Shown piece by piece: positions 18,925 through 29,101 of a DNA stretch of 44,462 bases. The notes under the pieces were generated by a model, which worked only from the letters and a program-made list of their open reading frames with translations, searched no databases and had not been told where the DNA came from. Position 1 is the first letter of the stretch, and each line of letters begins with the position of its first letter. This DNA comes from an uncultured Clostridia bacterium (GTDB taxonomy: Bacteria > Bacillota > Clostridia > Tissierellales > Peptoniphilaceae): positions 1-44,462 of the forward strand of contig CAMEGD010000001.1 in assembly GCA_945916025.1 (NCBI GenBank), given 5' to 3'. The position numbers and the translations under genes were made by a program.

Positions 18925-20712
18925 TTAACTTACTATTTTGATTTCATCAAAGGATTTAAGTCCTTGAGTATAAAGGTTGTAATACATTCCTTTTTTCTTT
19001 AAAAGATCCTCATGGGTTCCTTCTTCTATTATTCCTTGATCAGTGAGAACTATTATCTTATCAGCGTTTATTATAGTTGATAGTCTATGGGCTATGGTTA
19101 TTGTAGTTCTGCCCTTAGAAAGCTCTTCTAGGGACTTTTGAACTAGTCTTTCGCTCTTATTATCTAGGGCTGATGTAGCTTCGTCTAGAATTAGGATTGG
19201 AGGGTTCTTTAAAAATACCCTGGCAATACTTACCCTTTGTTTTTGGCCACCTGATAGTCTAACTCCTCTTTCTCCAACGTAGGTGTTGTACTTAAGAGGT
19301 AGGGCCTCAATAAACTCATCTGCTCCTGCAAGTCTTGCTGCTTGGTATACTTCTTCTTCTGTAGCATCTGGTTTTCCATACCTGATATTTTCTAAGACTG
19401 TATCATTAAATAGGTAGACGTCCTGTTGGACTATTCCTATATTTCCCCTTAGGGATTCTAGTTTGATTTTTCTAATGTCTATACCATCAACTTTTATAGC
19501 ACCTGAGCTTACATCATAAAACCTTGGTATTAGGTTTATTATAGTAGTTTTACCAGATCCTGATGGTCCAACTATTGCTAATTTTTCACCCTTCTTTATA
19601 TCTAAGGACAAGTTATCAAGGACAAGGTCTTCATCTTCATAGTATCTAAAGGATACATTTTCTAAAGAGACATTTCCTTCAACATCATTAAGGTTAATTG
19701 CATCTTCATCATCAAAAATTTCAATTCCAGTATCCATTATTTCTACAAACTTTTCTATACCACTCATACCCTTGTGGAATTGTTCTGAAAATTCTACAAT
19801 TCTTCTAATAGTTGCAGTTAGTACATTTGCATAAAGGACAAAGGCAACTAAGTCACTAGGTAGTAGGCTTCCGTTTAAGAGGAAGAGGCCTCCAAAGAAT
19901 AAGATACAAATATACATTAGGGCATCGAAGGATCTGGATATTGCATGGAAGGAAGAAAGGTTTTTATATGTTCCCTTCTTAATATCCAAAAATTCCATAT
20001 TGTCATCTTCAAACTTGTCTATTTCGTAAGATTCATTTGTAAAGCTCTTTACTACATTCATTCCAAGTAGGGAGTCTTCAATACTGGAGTTTAGTTCTCC
20101 TATATGGGACCTTTGCTTACTCATCATTGACCTAACCTTGTGGTTTTTCTTAGAGGTTGCAATTATCATTATTGGAATAATTGTAAATAGTATTAAAGTT
20201 AAAGGAACGTTTAGTCTGATTAATATTGCAAAGGATATTATTAACTTAATTCCACCTATAAAGAATTCTTCTGGACAGTGGTGGGCAAATTCAGTTACAT
20301 CAAAAAGGTCATTTGTAATCCTAGCCATAAGCTTTCCAACCTTGTTTTGATTATAAAAGGAAGTGCTCATTTGTTGAAGATGACCAAAAATATCTCTTCT
20401 CATGTCTGACTCAATTCTTGCTCCTGTTACGTGGCCTACATTGTTCATATAGTAGTAGGCTATTACATCAACAACCTTTAAAAACCCATAGGCAAGTGAA
20501 AGACCTATAATAATGTCCATTGTCAAGGTTTCTAAATCTGTAGATGCTTGGCTAGTTAAAAACCTTAAAATCATAGGCAAGGCCAGTTCATTCAAGGTAG
20601 TTAGTCCTGCACAAAAAAGGTCTAAGAAAACTAGCCCCTTATATTTTGAAAAGTAGGGAAGAAATCTCTTCCATAAATAAAAATTTGAATAAGTTTTTGT
20701 TTTATATGCCAA
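18925..20712 (-). CDS. ABC exporter with fused TMD-NBD (MsbA/YwjA-like)
   Basis: TM domain, then GPSGSGKT, LSGGQKQR, ILDEATSALD and IAHRLST. TTG start with AGGAGG SD. Confidence 0.93.
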   Translation of the reverse strand: MAYKTKTYSNFYLWKRFLPYFSKYKGLVFLDLFCAGLTTLNELALPMILRFLTSQASTDLETLTMDIIIGLSLAYGFLKVVDVIAYYYMNNVGHVTGARIESDMRRDIFGHLQQMSTSFYNQNKVGKLMARITNDLFDVTEFAHHCPEEFFIGGIKLIISFAILIRLNVPLTLILFTIIPIMIIATSKKNHKVRSMMSKQRSHIGELNSSIEDSLLGMNVVKSFTNESYEIDKFEDDNMEFLDIKKGTYKNLSSFHAISRSFDALMYICILFFGGLFLLNGSLLPSDLVAFVLYANVLTATIRRIVEFSEQFHKGMSGIEKFVEIMDTGIEIFDDEDAINLNDVEGNVSLENVSFRYYEDEDLVLDNLSLDIKKGEKLAIVGPSGSGKTTIINLIPRFYDVSSGAIKVDGIDIRKIKLESLRGNIGIVQQDVYLFNDTVLENIRYGKPDATEEEVYQAARLAGADEFIEALPLKYNTYVGERGVRLSGGQKQRVSIARVFLKNPPILILDEATSALDNKSERLVQKSLEELSKGRTTITIAHRLSTIINADKIIVLTDQGIIEEGTHEDLLKKKGMYYNLYTQGLKSFDEIKIVS

Positions 20713-20726
20713 TATTTCCTCCTAGT

Positions 20727-21317
20727 TTATTTATTTTCTTCATCAACTTCCTTTACAGTTTTGTCTTTTACATAGGTTAATGTTTCATCATTATCATTTT
20801 CAAGTAGGATTAGAGAATCTTCCTTAGTTTTTACTATATCTCCATCTAAGGAATCAACTAAAAATACCAAATAGTCCTTATTAGGCTCAAGTCCACTAAT
20901 TTCAGGAATTACAATAGATTTTAAGGACCCCTTAAGGTCTTCTATTACTGTAATTTCCTTACCAGTTGATCCTGTTTGGCTCATTTTTATGTGGGATATA
21001 TAGTCTGATTCATCTATAAGGAAATCTAAGTTTTCTTCAAAGGAAAGTTCTTCTATTTCTTCTTCTTCTTCTTCTGGAACTTCTTCTACTACTTCTTCCT
21101 CTAAATTCTCATCTATTTCCCCTTGAGAATTATCTTCTACTTGTCCTTCAGTTACTTCTGTTCCTTCTTCTAAAGGAGGTGTATTTTCAACCTGTTCCTC
21201 TACTTGGACTTCATTAGAATTAATTAAGGAACTGTCTTTTTCAGTTTTAGTTTTATCTTTGCAGCCTAATAAAAGGCCTGATATTAAAAATAATAATAAA
21301 AGTTTTTTTCTATTCAT
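20727..21317 (-). CDS. Acidic lipoprotein of unknown function
   Basis: MNRKKLLLLFLISGLLLG-C lipobox and a Glu-rich low-complexity linker. AGGTGA SD before the ATG at 21317. Confidence 0.75.
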   Translation of the reverse strand: MNRKKLLLLFLISGLLLGCKDKTKTEKDSSLINSNEVQVEEQVENTPPLEEGTEVTEGQVEDNSQGEIDENLEEEVVEEVPEEEEEEIEELSFEENLDFLIDESDYISHIKMSQTGSTGKEITVIEDLKGSLKSIVIPEISGLEPNKDYLVFLVDSLDGDIVKTKEDSLILLENDNDETLTYVKDKTVKEVDEENK

Positions 21318-22443
21318 TTGATTCACCTAATAAGTCCTTGTTAGCATCCTTTAAGTCTGAAATAATAATTAAATGTTGAGGACATTTAGATTCGCAAAGG
21401 CCACATTCAATGCAGCTACTTTGATCTGCCTTGTCCTTTATTAATTTTTCATAAGACTCTTTAGCCTTTTGGTCTTGTTCAAAGATATATTTGTTGTTAT
21501 AAATTTGGAATATTCCAGGAATTGTAACCCCTTCTGGGCAAGGCATACAATAATTACACCTTGTACAATCTACCTTTAATCTATTTGATATTTCAGCCTT
21601 TAGATAATCTATTTTTTCCTTGTCTTCACTATTTAGTGAATTTGCTTCCATACTTGAGAAGGTCTTAGCATTTTCTTCAAGTTGCGCTATATTATTCATA
21701 CCACTTAAGATTACATCTAATCCTTCATTATCTAGAAGATACTTAAATGCTAGGGAAGCTGGAGTCTTACCACCTAAATTGTCTGTTATTGACTTTGGAA
21801 GATTTGCTAGTTGGCCACCCCTTAAAGGTTCCATAACTACAAGGCCAAGGCCTTTTTCCTTTGCATACCTAAGTCCTTCTAAACCTGCTTGGTAATTTTC
21901 GTCTAAGTAGTTTAGTTGAATTTGACAAAAGTCAAAGTCGTAAGAGTCAACAATCTTCTTAAATAGCTCTAGGTCATCATGAAATGAAAATCCTATGTAT
22001 CTTACTTTTCCTTCTTCTTTTGCCTTTACCATTGACTTGTAAATGTTTTGTTTTTCAATCATTTCAAATCTTTCTTTGTTTAATGCATGTAGAAGATAAA
22101 AGTCTATATAGTCTGTTTGTAATTTTTTTAATTCTGTATCTAATAGATATTCAAAGTCCCCATCTTTTTCTATTTTCCAAAGGGGAAGTTTTGTTGCTAA
22201 ATATATATTTTTTCTAGTTTCTTCATCAAAGACCTCACCTGTAAAGATTTCGCTTTGTCTTTGGTGATAAACATAGGCTGTATCAAAGTAGTTAATCCCT
22301 AATTCTAAGGCCTTTTCAATAAGTTTTCTAGAAGCTTTATAGTCTATTAGACTGTCATCATTTTCTATTATAGGTAGTCTCATTAGGCCAAAACCCAAAC
22401 GTGAAGTCTTATTGTTTTCATTGATAAAATTTGAATACTTCAT
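21310..22443 (-). CDS. Aldo/keto reductase with C-terminal 4Fe-4S dicluster domain
   Basis: LGFGLMRLP, FDTAYVY, ATKLP, MEPLRGG, CTRCNYCMPCP and CIECGLCESKCP. Confidence 0.92.
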   Translation of the reverse strand: MKYSNFINENNKTSRLGFGLMRLPIIENDDSLIDYKASRKLIEKALELGINYFDTAYVYHQRQSEIFTGEVFDEETRKNIYLATKLPLWKIEKDGDFEYLLDTELKKLQTDYIDFYLLHALNKERFEMIEKQNIYKSMVKAKEEGKVRYIGFSFHDDLELFKKIVDSYDFDFCQIQLNYLDENYQAGLEGLRYAKEKGLGLVVMEPLRGGQLANLPKSITDNLGGKTPASLAFKYLLDNEGLDVILSGMNNIAQLEENAKTFSSMEANSLNSEDKEKIDYLKAEISNRLKVDCTRCNYCMPCPEGVTIPGIFQIYNNKYIFEQDQKAKESYEKLIKDKADQSSCIECGLCESKCPQHLIIISDLKDANKDLLGESNE

Positions 22444-22573
22444 AAATACCTCCTTGGATAAAATAAGAATAATCCCATTAGTAAAATAGGATATTCTAAC
22501 TCTTTTTATTATATCATAATCTAAATAAAATTATAAACATCCTTAACTTATCTTTTATTTTTTCAACATATCT

Positions 22574-22603
22574 ATGACATAAACATAATTATTGTAGTAT
22601 AAT
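22574..22603 (+). promoter_or_regulatory. sigma-A promoter for acpS-nnrD-mazF
   Basis: ATGACA, 18-nt spacer, TATAAT (22598-22603), followed by an AGGTGA SD. Confidence 0.5.
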
Positions 22604-22620
22604 AAAAAAAGGTGATGATT

Positions 22621-23796
22621 TTGACAAGGAATAATTTGGGTATAGACTTACTTAGGATAAACCGAATAGGAGATGTCTATAGTAAACACAAGGAAAATTT
22701 CTTAAATAAGGTTTTTAATGAAAGTGAAATTTCATACATAGAGAAGAAAAATTTTAAGGGAGAAACTATTGCTTCCATGTTTTCATTCAAAGAGGCTATT
22801 TCTAAGTCTTTAGGGACTGGTTTTGGAAAGGACTTAAAGTTTAAGGACATCACAATTAGTCATGATTCCTTAGGAAGACCAAGTGGAGTGGTTGGAGATA
22901 TTAAATTTGACCTTTCTGCTAGTCATGACGGAGACTACGTTGTAACTGTTTCTTCTTATACAAATGACAAATTAGAAATTGAAGATTCCATTAGAGATTT
23001 ATTTAAAAAGAGAAAGGACAAGTTTCACAAGGGAGACTTTGGAAAATCCATGATAATAGCCAGTTCTAAAGGAATGGTTGGATCTGGATATTTAGCTTCT
23101 TTAGCAGCCCTGAAAAGTGGTTGTGGACTTACATATCATTACGTTTTTGAAGAAGATGATATCTTGTTACCCCTTTCTATTAAACATACTGAAGTAATTG
23201 TTAGAGATTCTAACCCCCTAAGAGATTTAAAAACTATGGACGGGGTCCTATTTGGATGTGGACTTGGAATTTCTAGGCATAAAAGACAACTACTAAGTGA
23301 TCTTTTAGAAGAGGACATTTACTTAGTAATTGATGCCGATGGAATTAACATCCTAGCTGAAGACTTGTCAAAACTATTAGTAAAAAAGGCAAGGGTAGTA
23401 TTAACTCCCCATGTTTTAGAATTTTCTAGGCTTACAAAGGAATTTATACCACCTGGAAAAAGGCTTTATAACCTAGCGAAGAACTTTGCAAAGACCTATA
23501 AGGTTATTTTAGTTCTTAAAGATTCTAAGACAATGATTACTGATGGGGAAAATGTGTATTTTATTGATAAGGAAAACTCTGGAATGGCAACTGCTGGATC
23601 AGGAGATGTCTTAGCTGGAATAATAACTTCTTTAATCTCCCAAGGTTATGACATCTTTGATGCAGCCTTACTAGGGGCAAATATTCACTCTTTAGCTGGA
23701 CAAGTGGCTATGGATGAAAAGTCTAAGTCCTCAATGCTTGCCAGAGATATTATAGATTGTTTAGACAAAGTATTTAAATCGTTAGAAGAAAGGTAG
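22621..23796 (+). CDS. Fused holo-ACP synthase (AcpS) / ADP-dependent NAD(P)H-hydrate dehydratase (NnrD)
   Basis: N-terminal [23 protein letters not shown] (AcpS) in frame with [27 protein letters not shown] and [11 protein letters not shown] (YjeF C-terminal/NnrD). The start is probably TTG 22621, or GTG 22612. Confidence 0.9.
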   Translation: MTRNNLGIDLLRINRIGDVYSKHKENFLNKVFNESEISYIEKKNFKGETIASMFSFKEAISKSLGTGFGKDLKFKDITISHDSLGRPSGVVGDIKFDLSASHDGDYVVTVSSYTNDKLEIEDSIRDLFKKRKDKFHKGDFGKSMIIASSKGMVGSGYLASLAALKSGCGLTYHYVFEEDDILLPLSIKHTEVIVRDSNPLRDLKTMDGVLFGCGLGISRHKRQLLSDLLEEDIYLVIDADGINILAEDLSKLLVKKARVVLTPHVLEFSRLTKEFIPPGKRLYNLAKNFAKTYKVILVLKDSKTMITDGENVYFIDKENSGMATAGSGDVLAGIITSLISQGYDIFDAALLGANIHSLAGQVAMDEKSKSSMLARDIIDCLDKVFKSLEER

Positions 23797-23804
23797 TAAA
23801 TGAT

Positions 23805-24158
23805 ATGTTAGTAAACAGAGGGGATTTGTTTTATGCAAATCTAAGTCCAGTATTAGGGTCGGAGCAGGGCGGCATACGTCCAGTTCTTGTAATACAAAAT
23901 GATGTGGGAAACAAGTATTCTCCTACTATTATTGTAGCCCCAATAACGTCTAGGATGAACAAGACCAAGTTACCGACCCACGTAAAAATAAATGCAAGTG
24001 AAAAATATGGTCTTCCTAAGGAGTCAGTTGTCTTATTAGAACAAATTAGAACCATAGACAAGCAAAGGCTTAAAGATAGAATTGGCAAATTTGACAAGAG
24101 GAGAATGTCAGAAGTAGAAAATGCCATACTTATATCTTTAGACCTAACAGACCTATAA
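23805..24158 (+). CDS. mazF: PemK/MazF family endoribonuclease toxin (EndoA-like)
   Basis: [34 protein letters not shown] and [16 protein letters not shown]. Catalytic Arg25 and Thr48 are present. Confidence 0.95.
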   Translation: MLVNRGDLFYANLSPVLGSEQGGIRPVLVIQNDVGNKYSPTIIVAPITSRMNKTKLPTHVKINASEKYGLPKESVVLLEQIRTIDKQRLKDRIGKFDKRRMSEVENAILISLDLTDL

Positions 24159-24163
24159 TACAT

Positions 24164-24205
24164 AAAAGAACAGGTAGTAGAAATCAAGCTACTACCTGTT
24201 TTATT
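24164..24205. terminator. Bidirectional terminator between mazF and hpf
   Basis: Perfect 12-bp stem AACAGGTAGTAG-N8-CTACTACCTGTT with A and T flanks. Confidence 0.85.
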
Positions 24206-24259
24206 GTGCTAACAATATTTATAGCTACAAAGTCTTATATTTAGTTATTAGCTATCACC

Positions 24260-24802
24260 TTAATCTTCAGGTGTTAGTAAGCCGTAACCACCATTTTTTC
24301 TTTTATATAAAACATTAACCTTATTTGTTGCTGAATTGGTAAATGCGTAAAAGTTATGTCCAATTAGCTCTAATTGTAAAATAGCCTCATCTTCATCCAT
24401 TGGTCTAGTTGAAAATGTTTTAGTTTTAATAATTTTATCATCTTCTTCTGTAATATTAAGGCCAGTATAGTCAAAGTCTGGTATATTTTCTAACTTAATT
24501 GACTTATTTCCCTTAAATCTTTTTTGTAATTTTCCCTTATGCCTTCTAACTTGTCTAGTCAAAACATCAATTGCCCTATCTAAGGCTGTTCTTAGGTCTG
24601 GGTCATTTTCCTCAGCCCTAATAAATGATCCTGGAACATTAATATTTATTTCTACAACTAGGTCGTTTTTAAATTTAGATAAGGTTACATTACACCTTAC
24701 TTCCTTATCAAAAAACTTGTCTAATTTAGAAAGTTGTCCCTCTACAAGTCCTCTCATTTCATCAGTAACTTGGATGTTTTTTCCTGTGTAGTTTATTAAC
24801 AT
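24260..24802 (-). CDS. hpf: Ribosome hibernation promoting factor (long HPF/RaiA)
   Basis: GKNIQVT..LSKLDKFF, IRAEE..DL..ALD and the C-terminal PMDEDEAILQLELIGHNFYAF..YKRKNGGYGL. Confidence 0.95.
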   Translation of the reverse strand: MLINYTGKNIQVTDEMRGLVEGQLSKLDKFFDKEVRCNVTLSKFKNDLVVEININVPGSFIRAEENDPDLRTALDRAIDVLTRQVRRHKGKLQKRFKGNKSIKLENIPDFDYTGLNITEEDDKIIKTKTFSTRPMDEDEAILQLELIGHNFYAFTNSATNKVNVLYKRKNGGYGLLTPED

Positions 24803-24996
24803 AACTTCGTCCTCCTACTTACATAATAAACTTAATAAAACTCTAAGTAATACAACAACTTTTTTGTGAGCTTTACTATGTTAAATATATTTTACCCTAA
24901 ATATTAAGTCTTAATATAAAAGAGATTAATATCTTATATAATTCTTTATTATTATAAGTTTATGGAGTATAGTATATAATTATAAATGAGGTGAAA

Positions 24997-26565
24997 ATGA
25001 AAAATATAGTTATAAATATAGGGGACTTATTAGAATTTCTAAAAGATAACCTAGATGAAATAAATAATATTTTATTTGGAGAATATGGAATCCACCTAAA
25101 CAAGCTGAACCTTTTAAATGATAGAGAAAGGCTAATGCTCCAACTTCCAATAGGGAAAAATTTAGCTATTGAGGACATTGTTAATAATCTAGAAGAAAAG
25201 AATTTAAAAGACGATGACTTAGAAGGTGCATTTTTATTTCTAAGTAGGTTTGACTTTTTTGAAGTTCAAGACATTTCTAAGGAATATTTATCCCTAGCAA
25301 GTCTATCTAATGATTTTGTAGTTAGATACAAGGTAGATGGAGAATTCAGTTGCCAGGAAAGGGATGTGATTTTTGCCTTTACCTATTTAGATGGCTCTAC
25401 TGATTTCATACACAAAGATTTTGAAATTTTAAAAGAGGATGAGGCAGATAGAGTCATAGAAGTTTTCTCTGAATATTATGTTGAGAATGTATTAGACATA
25501 TACTTTGAACATGTTGTTGTAAACAGGCTTATGACTTTTTATATAGAGAGTGTAGACTCTGTACTAAATAAGTATAGGGATTCTTTAAATTTAAAATATT
25601 CTCCTGAAATCCTATATACCTTTTTTAGGCATCTTGGAAATATAGCCAAATTTAGCTTCTTAAAGGGTAAAAATGTCGGCATATTTAATGTGGATTATTA
25701 TGAATTTTTGCTATTTGAAGCATCACAAGGAAATTTTATTCAAGAAGGAGAACTAGAAAGTTTCTTAGAGATAATAGATTTTATCTTAAGACAGGAAGAT
25801 GAAAATAAAGAAATAAAGAAGACCTTGGATAGTATAGTTAATTCCTACAATAATATTTTTACTATTAAAAGTGAAATCCTAAAACACAATCCACTAACCT
25901 CTATGGAATTACTCATGGACTTAGATGATTTTATTGGACATAGTGGGGAAAGCATTGTGGAAATTGGCTCTTTAGGCTTTTTTGTAGATACCTTGCTATC
26001 AAATAATGATATTAAGCTAACTAAGAAAACAAAGAGAATTACAGCTTCTTCCCTAAGGTCATATATAAAAACCCATTTTCCAGAATTAGCAAAAGAGGAG
26101 GAAGTAGACCCAAAAATAAAGAGTCTAATAGAATTAGCAGTAGCTATAATTTTAGGTAATTCCTTAGGACTTATTGGACCTAATGGATCTATATTTCCTT
26201 CAAACAGGTATAGCTTTTTCTTATTAAACAATCCAGTTGATTTTATTGGAAACTTGATTACTGGAATTTTTAGAAAAGAAACATTGAGTTATTATATAGG
26301 AAAGAAAAATATAGACTATAATTTACTTTTAGAAAAGACCAAAAATGGAATAATAGATAGGACCTTTGTAAACTTTGAAAATACCAAAGAGGGAAATAAA
26401 ATCTTAGAGCTTTTACAAAATATAGGAGCCTTGGACAAGGGTTTTTTAAACGACTATCCTCATTATAGGTTAAGTCTTTTTGGAGAATTTTTAAGGGAAT
26501 ATTTTGAAATAGACAAGGATAAGGGGAAAATAATTAAGATAGATTTTAATAGGAATAGAAAGTAG
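24997..26565 (+). CDS. Hypothetical soluble protein (~522 aa)
   Basis: Long open frame with a GAGGTG SD, upstream TATAAT and a downstream terminator. No motif recognised. Confidence 0.75.
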   Translation: MKNIVINIGDLLEFLKDNLDEINNILFGEYGIHLNKLNLLNDRERLMLQLPIGKNLAIEDIVNNLEEKNLKDDDLEGAFLFLSRFDFFEVQDISKEYLSLASLSNDFVVRYKVDGEFSCQERDVIFAFTYLDGSTDFIHKDFEILKEDEADRVIEVFSEYYVENVLDIYFEHVVVNRLMTFYIESVDSVLNKYRDSLNLKYSPEILYTFFRHLGNIAKFSFLKGKNVGIFNVDYYEFLLFEASQGNFIQEGELESFLEIIDFILRQEDENKEIKKTLDSIVNSYNNIFTIKSEILKHNPLTSMELLMDLDDFIGHSGESIVEIGSLGFFVDTLLSNNDIKLTKKTKRITASSLRSYIKTHFPELAKEEEVDPKIKSLIELAVAIILGNSLGLIGPNGSIFPSNRYSFFLLNNPVDFIGNLITGIFRKETLSYYIGKKNIDYNLLLEKTKNGIIDRTFVNFENTKEGNKILELLQNIGALDKGFLNDYPHYRLSLFGEFLREYFEIDKDKGKIIKIDFNRNRK

Positions 26566-26596
26566 ATAGATTTGAAAAAATTTATCTATTTTTTTT
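26561..26596 (+). terminator. Rho-independent terminator
   Basis: AGTAGATAGATTT-GAAA-AAATTTATCTATT followed by a T run. Confidence 0.65.
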
Positions 26597-26607
26597 GTTT
26601 TTATATA

Positions 26608-26653
26608 TTGACAAGGGTCCCTTATTTGATAAAATAGTTTAGTGATAATAAAC
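26608..26653 (+). promoter_or_regulatory. sigma-A promoter plus palindromic operator of the XRE-potABCD operon
   Basis: TTGACA (26608), 16-nt spacer, TG-A-TAAAAT (hexamer 26630-26635), then GTTTA-N7-TAAAC (26637-26653) over the predicted +1. Confidence 0.65.
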
Positions 26654-26683
26654 AAAATATTTAATAGAATGGATTGAATAAAG

Positions 26684-27220
26684 ATGAACTTTGGCGAAAA
26701 AATAAAGGAAATCAGAATTTCCCAGGGACTAACCCAGGATGAATTAGCCCAGAGATCTGAGCTAACAAAGGGTTTTATATCCCAAGTAGAAAATAACCTT
26801 GCATCTCCTTCAATTAATTCATTTATTGACATATTAAACTCCCTGGGTATAAAGCCTTCTGAGTTTTTTGAAGATAGTGAAGAAAAAATTGTATTTAAGG
26901 ATGAAGACTTTTCAGAGTATACTGATTCTGATAAAAAATATGTAATTAACTGGCTAGTTCCAAACTCTCAAAAAAATCACATGGAGCCCTTACTAATTGA
27001 AATTGAAAAGGGTGGCATGTCTGAGAAAATTAGTCCCTTTGATGGGGAAGAGTTTGGTTATGTATTAGATGGAGATTTAGAGCTTTTGTATGGTGGGAAA
27101 ACCTTCAAAGTAAAAAAGGGAGAGAGTTTTTATTTTAAGGGTAACAAAACCCATATATTAAAAAATAAGGGCAATAAAATATTAAAGGTAGTCTGGGTTA
27201 CTAGTCCGCCAAGTTTTTAA
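26684..27220 (+). CDS. XRE-family HTH + cupin transcriptional regulator (PuuR-like)
   Basis: [26 protein letters not shown] helix-turn-helix and [16 protein letters not shown] cupin. Confidence 0.9.
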   Translation: MNFGEKIKEIRISQGLTQDELAQRSELTKGFISQVENNLASPSINSFIDILNSLGIKPSEFFEDSEEKIVFKDEDFSEYTDSDKKYVINWLVPNSQKNHMEPLLIEIEKGGMSEKISPFDGEEFGYVLDGDLELLYGGKTFKVKKGESFYFKGNKTHILKNKGNKILKVVWVTSPPSF

Positions 27221-27230
27221 GGAGTTGAAA

Positions 27231-28274
27231 TTGGAAAAGAAAATTATTATTAACCTAAAAAATATTAGTAAGTCCTATGGAGACAACGATGTTCTAAAGG
27301 ACTTAAACCTAAAAATTTATGAAAATGAATTTTTGACTTTATTAGGTCCAAGTGGATGTGGAAAGACTACAACCCTAAGAATTATTGGTGGATTTGAATC
27401 CTCTGATGAAGGGGTAGTTGAATTTGAAGGTCAGGACATTACAAACCTAGAACCTTATAAAAGGGAAATTAATACAGTATTTCAAAAGTATGCCCTTTTC
27501 CCACACTTAACAGTAGGAGAAAATATAGACTTTGGTCTAAATATTAAAAAAATCGACAAAAAAGAAATTGAGACGAGAAGAAGGGAAATGTTAAAGCTTG
27601 TAGGCCTAGAGGGTTATGAGAATAGAAAAATATCCTCCCTAAGTGGTGGTCAACAACAGAGGATTGCCATAGCAAGGGCCCTTGTAAATAGGCCAAAGGT
27701 TTTATTATTAGATGAACCTTTAGGAGCCTTAGATTTAAAATTAAGAAAAGACATGCAAGTTGAACTAAAGGCTATTCAAGAGAGGGTAGGTATCACCTTT
27801 GTATATGTAACCCATGACCAAGAAGAGGCCTTGACTATGAGTGATACTATAGTAGTTTTAAACAATGGTATTATCCAACAAATTGGAAAACCAATAGACA
27901 TATATAATGAGCCAAAGAATTCCTTTGTTGCTGATTTTATTGGAGAATCTAATATTCAAGATGGAATTATGAAGGAAGATTTTTTAGTAGATATTCTAGG
28001 TGTGGACTTTGTGTGTGTAGATAAGGGCTTTTCTAAAAATGAAAACGTAGATGTAGTTGTTAGACCTGAGGATGTTGAAATAGATCCACCTGAAAAGGGA
28101 CAACTTAGGGGGAGGGTTGAGTCTTCTGTTTTTAAGGGGGTCCACTATGAAATGGTAATTAGTGGAGATTCCTTTAGGTGGTTAGCTCAATCTACAATTT
28201 CAAAAAATGTTGGGGATGAAGTTGGAATTAGGGTAATTCCTGAGAACATTCACATAATGAGGAAACTTAAATGA
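27231..28274 (+). CDS. potA: Spermidine/putrescine ABC transporter ATPase
   Basis: [28 protein letters not shown] and [17 protein letters not shown] start at 27231 or 27225. Confidence 0.95.
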   Translation: MEKKIIINLKNISKSYGDNDVLKDLNLKIYENEFLTLLGPSGCGKTTTLRIIGGFESSDEGVVEFEGQDITNLEPYKREINTVFQKYALFPHLTVGENIDFGLNIKKIDKKEIETRRREMLKLVGLEGYENRKISSLSGGQQQRIAIARALVNRPKVLLLDEPLGALDLKLRKDMQVELKAIQERVGITFVYVTHDQEEALTMSDTIVVLNNGIIQQIGKPIDIYNEPKNSFVADFIGESNIQDGIMKEDFLVDILGVDFVCVDKGFSKNENVDVVVRPEDVEIDPPEKGQLRGRVESSVFKGVHYEMVISGDSFRWLAQSTISKNVGDEVGIRVIPENIHIMRKLK

Positions 28275-29101
28275 AAAAATATTCTATTCCATACTTGTTC
28301 TGGCTAATACTATTTGTGGTACTCCCAGGAATATTAATAACAATAATGGCCTTTACTAAGGGAGAAATGGTAGATTTTTCAACCTTTTCTTTTTCTTTAG
28401 ATAACTTTGTTAGGTTTATTGATGCCTCTTATTTAAAGATACTATTTGATTCAATAGTTCTGTCCTTGATATCTACATTTTTGTGCTTTATTATTGGCTA
28501 CCCAGCAGCCTTTATTATTTCAAGGTTACCAGAAAAAAGACAGAGTATGCTAATTTTATTATTTGTAATTCCAATGTGGATGAACTTTTTATTAAGAACT
28601 TATGCATGGCTTACCCTCCTTGGAAATAACGGATTAATAAACCAATTTTTTGGATTAGTTGGACTTGGTCCCTTTGACTTAATATACAATAATACAGCAG
28701 TCCTACTTGGTATGCTATACAATTTTTTGCCATTTATGGTTTTACCAATTTATACAGTCCTTTCAAAAATGGACCACAGCCTAATTGAGGCAGCTAGGGA
28801 CTTAGGAGCAAGCGAAAAACAAATACTAATTAAGGTAATATTTCCCTTGTCCTTACCAGGAGTTTCTTCTGGAATAATTATGGTATTTATACCAGCCTTA
28901 TCAACCTTTGTAATTCCAAGTTTACTTGGAGGAAACAAGTCTATGATGATAGGTAATGTTATTGAACAACAATTTAGGTTTACTGGAGATTGGCACTTTG
29001 GTGCTGCAATTTCCTTTATACTAATGGCCCTTATGATTATTTGGATGATGATTTCATCTAGGAAGGGAGTATCAAGAGAAAGTGAAGGTGGCTTATGGTA
29101 A
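28271..29101 (+). CDS. potB: Spermidine/putrescine ABC permease
   Basis: [13 protein letters not shown] and the EAARDLGA loop. Confidence 0.92.
   Translation: MKKYSIPYLFWLILFVVLPGILITIMAFTKGEMVDFSTFSFSLDNFVRFIDASYLKILFDSIVLSLISTFLCFIIGYPAAFIISRLPEKRQSMLILLFVIPMWMNFLLRTYAWLTLLGNNGLINQFFGLVGLGPFDLIYNNTAVLLGMLYNFLPFMVLPIYTVLSKMDHSLIEAARDLGASEKQILIKVIFPLSLPGVSSGIIMVFIPALSTFVIPSLLGGNKSMMIGNVIEQQFRFTGDWHFGAAISFILMALMIIWMMISSRKGVSRESEGGLW

Noticed and set aside
21030-21200. TTC-rich repeats
   Set aside because: They are Glu codons of the lipoprotein's acidic linker, not a DNA repeat element.
22621-22960. AcpS domain as the activator of the CitD-like ACP
   Set aside because: CitD-type ACPs carry phosphoribosyl-dephospho-CoA attached by CitG/CitX, not the 4'-phosphopantetheine added by AcpS. 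The genes are also 18 kb apart.
23831-24187. 118-aa antisense ORF as a possible MazF antitoxin
   Set aside because: It is a shadow frame of mazF that starts inside the terminator loop, with no SD and no RHH/AbrB features.
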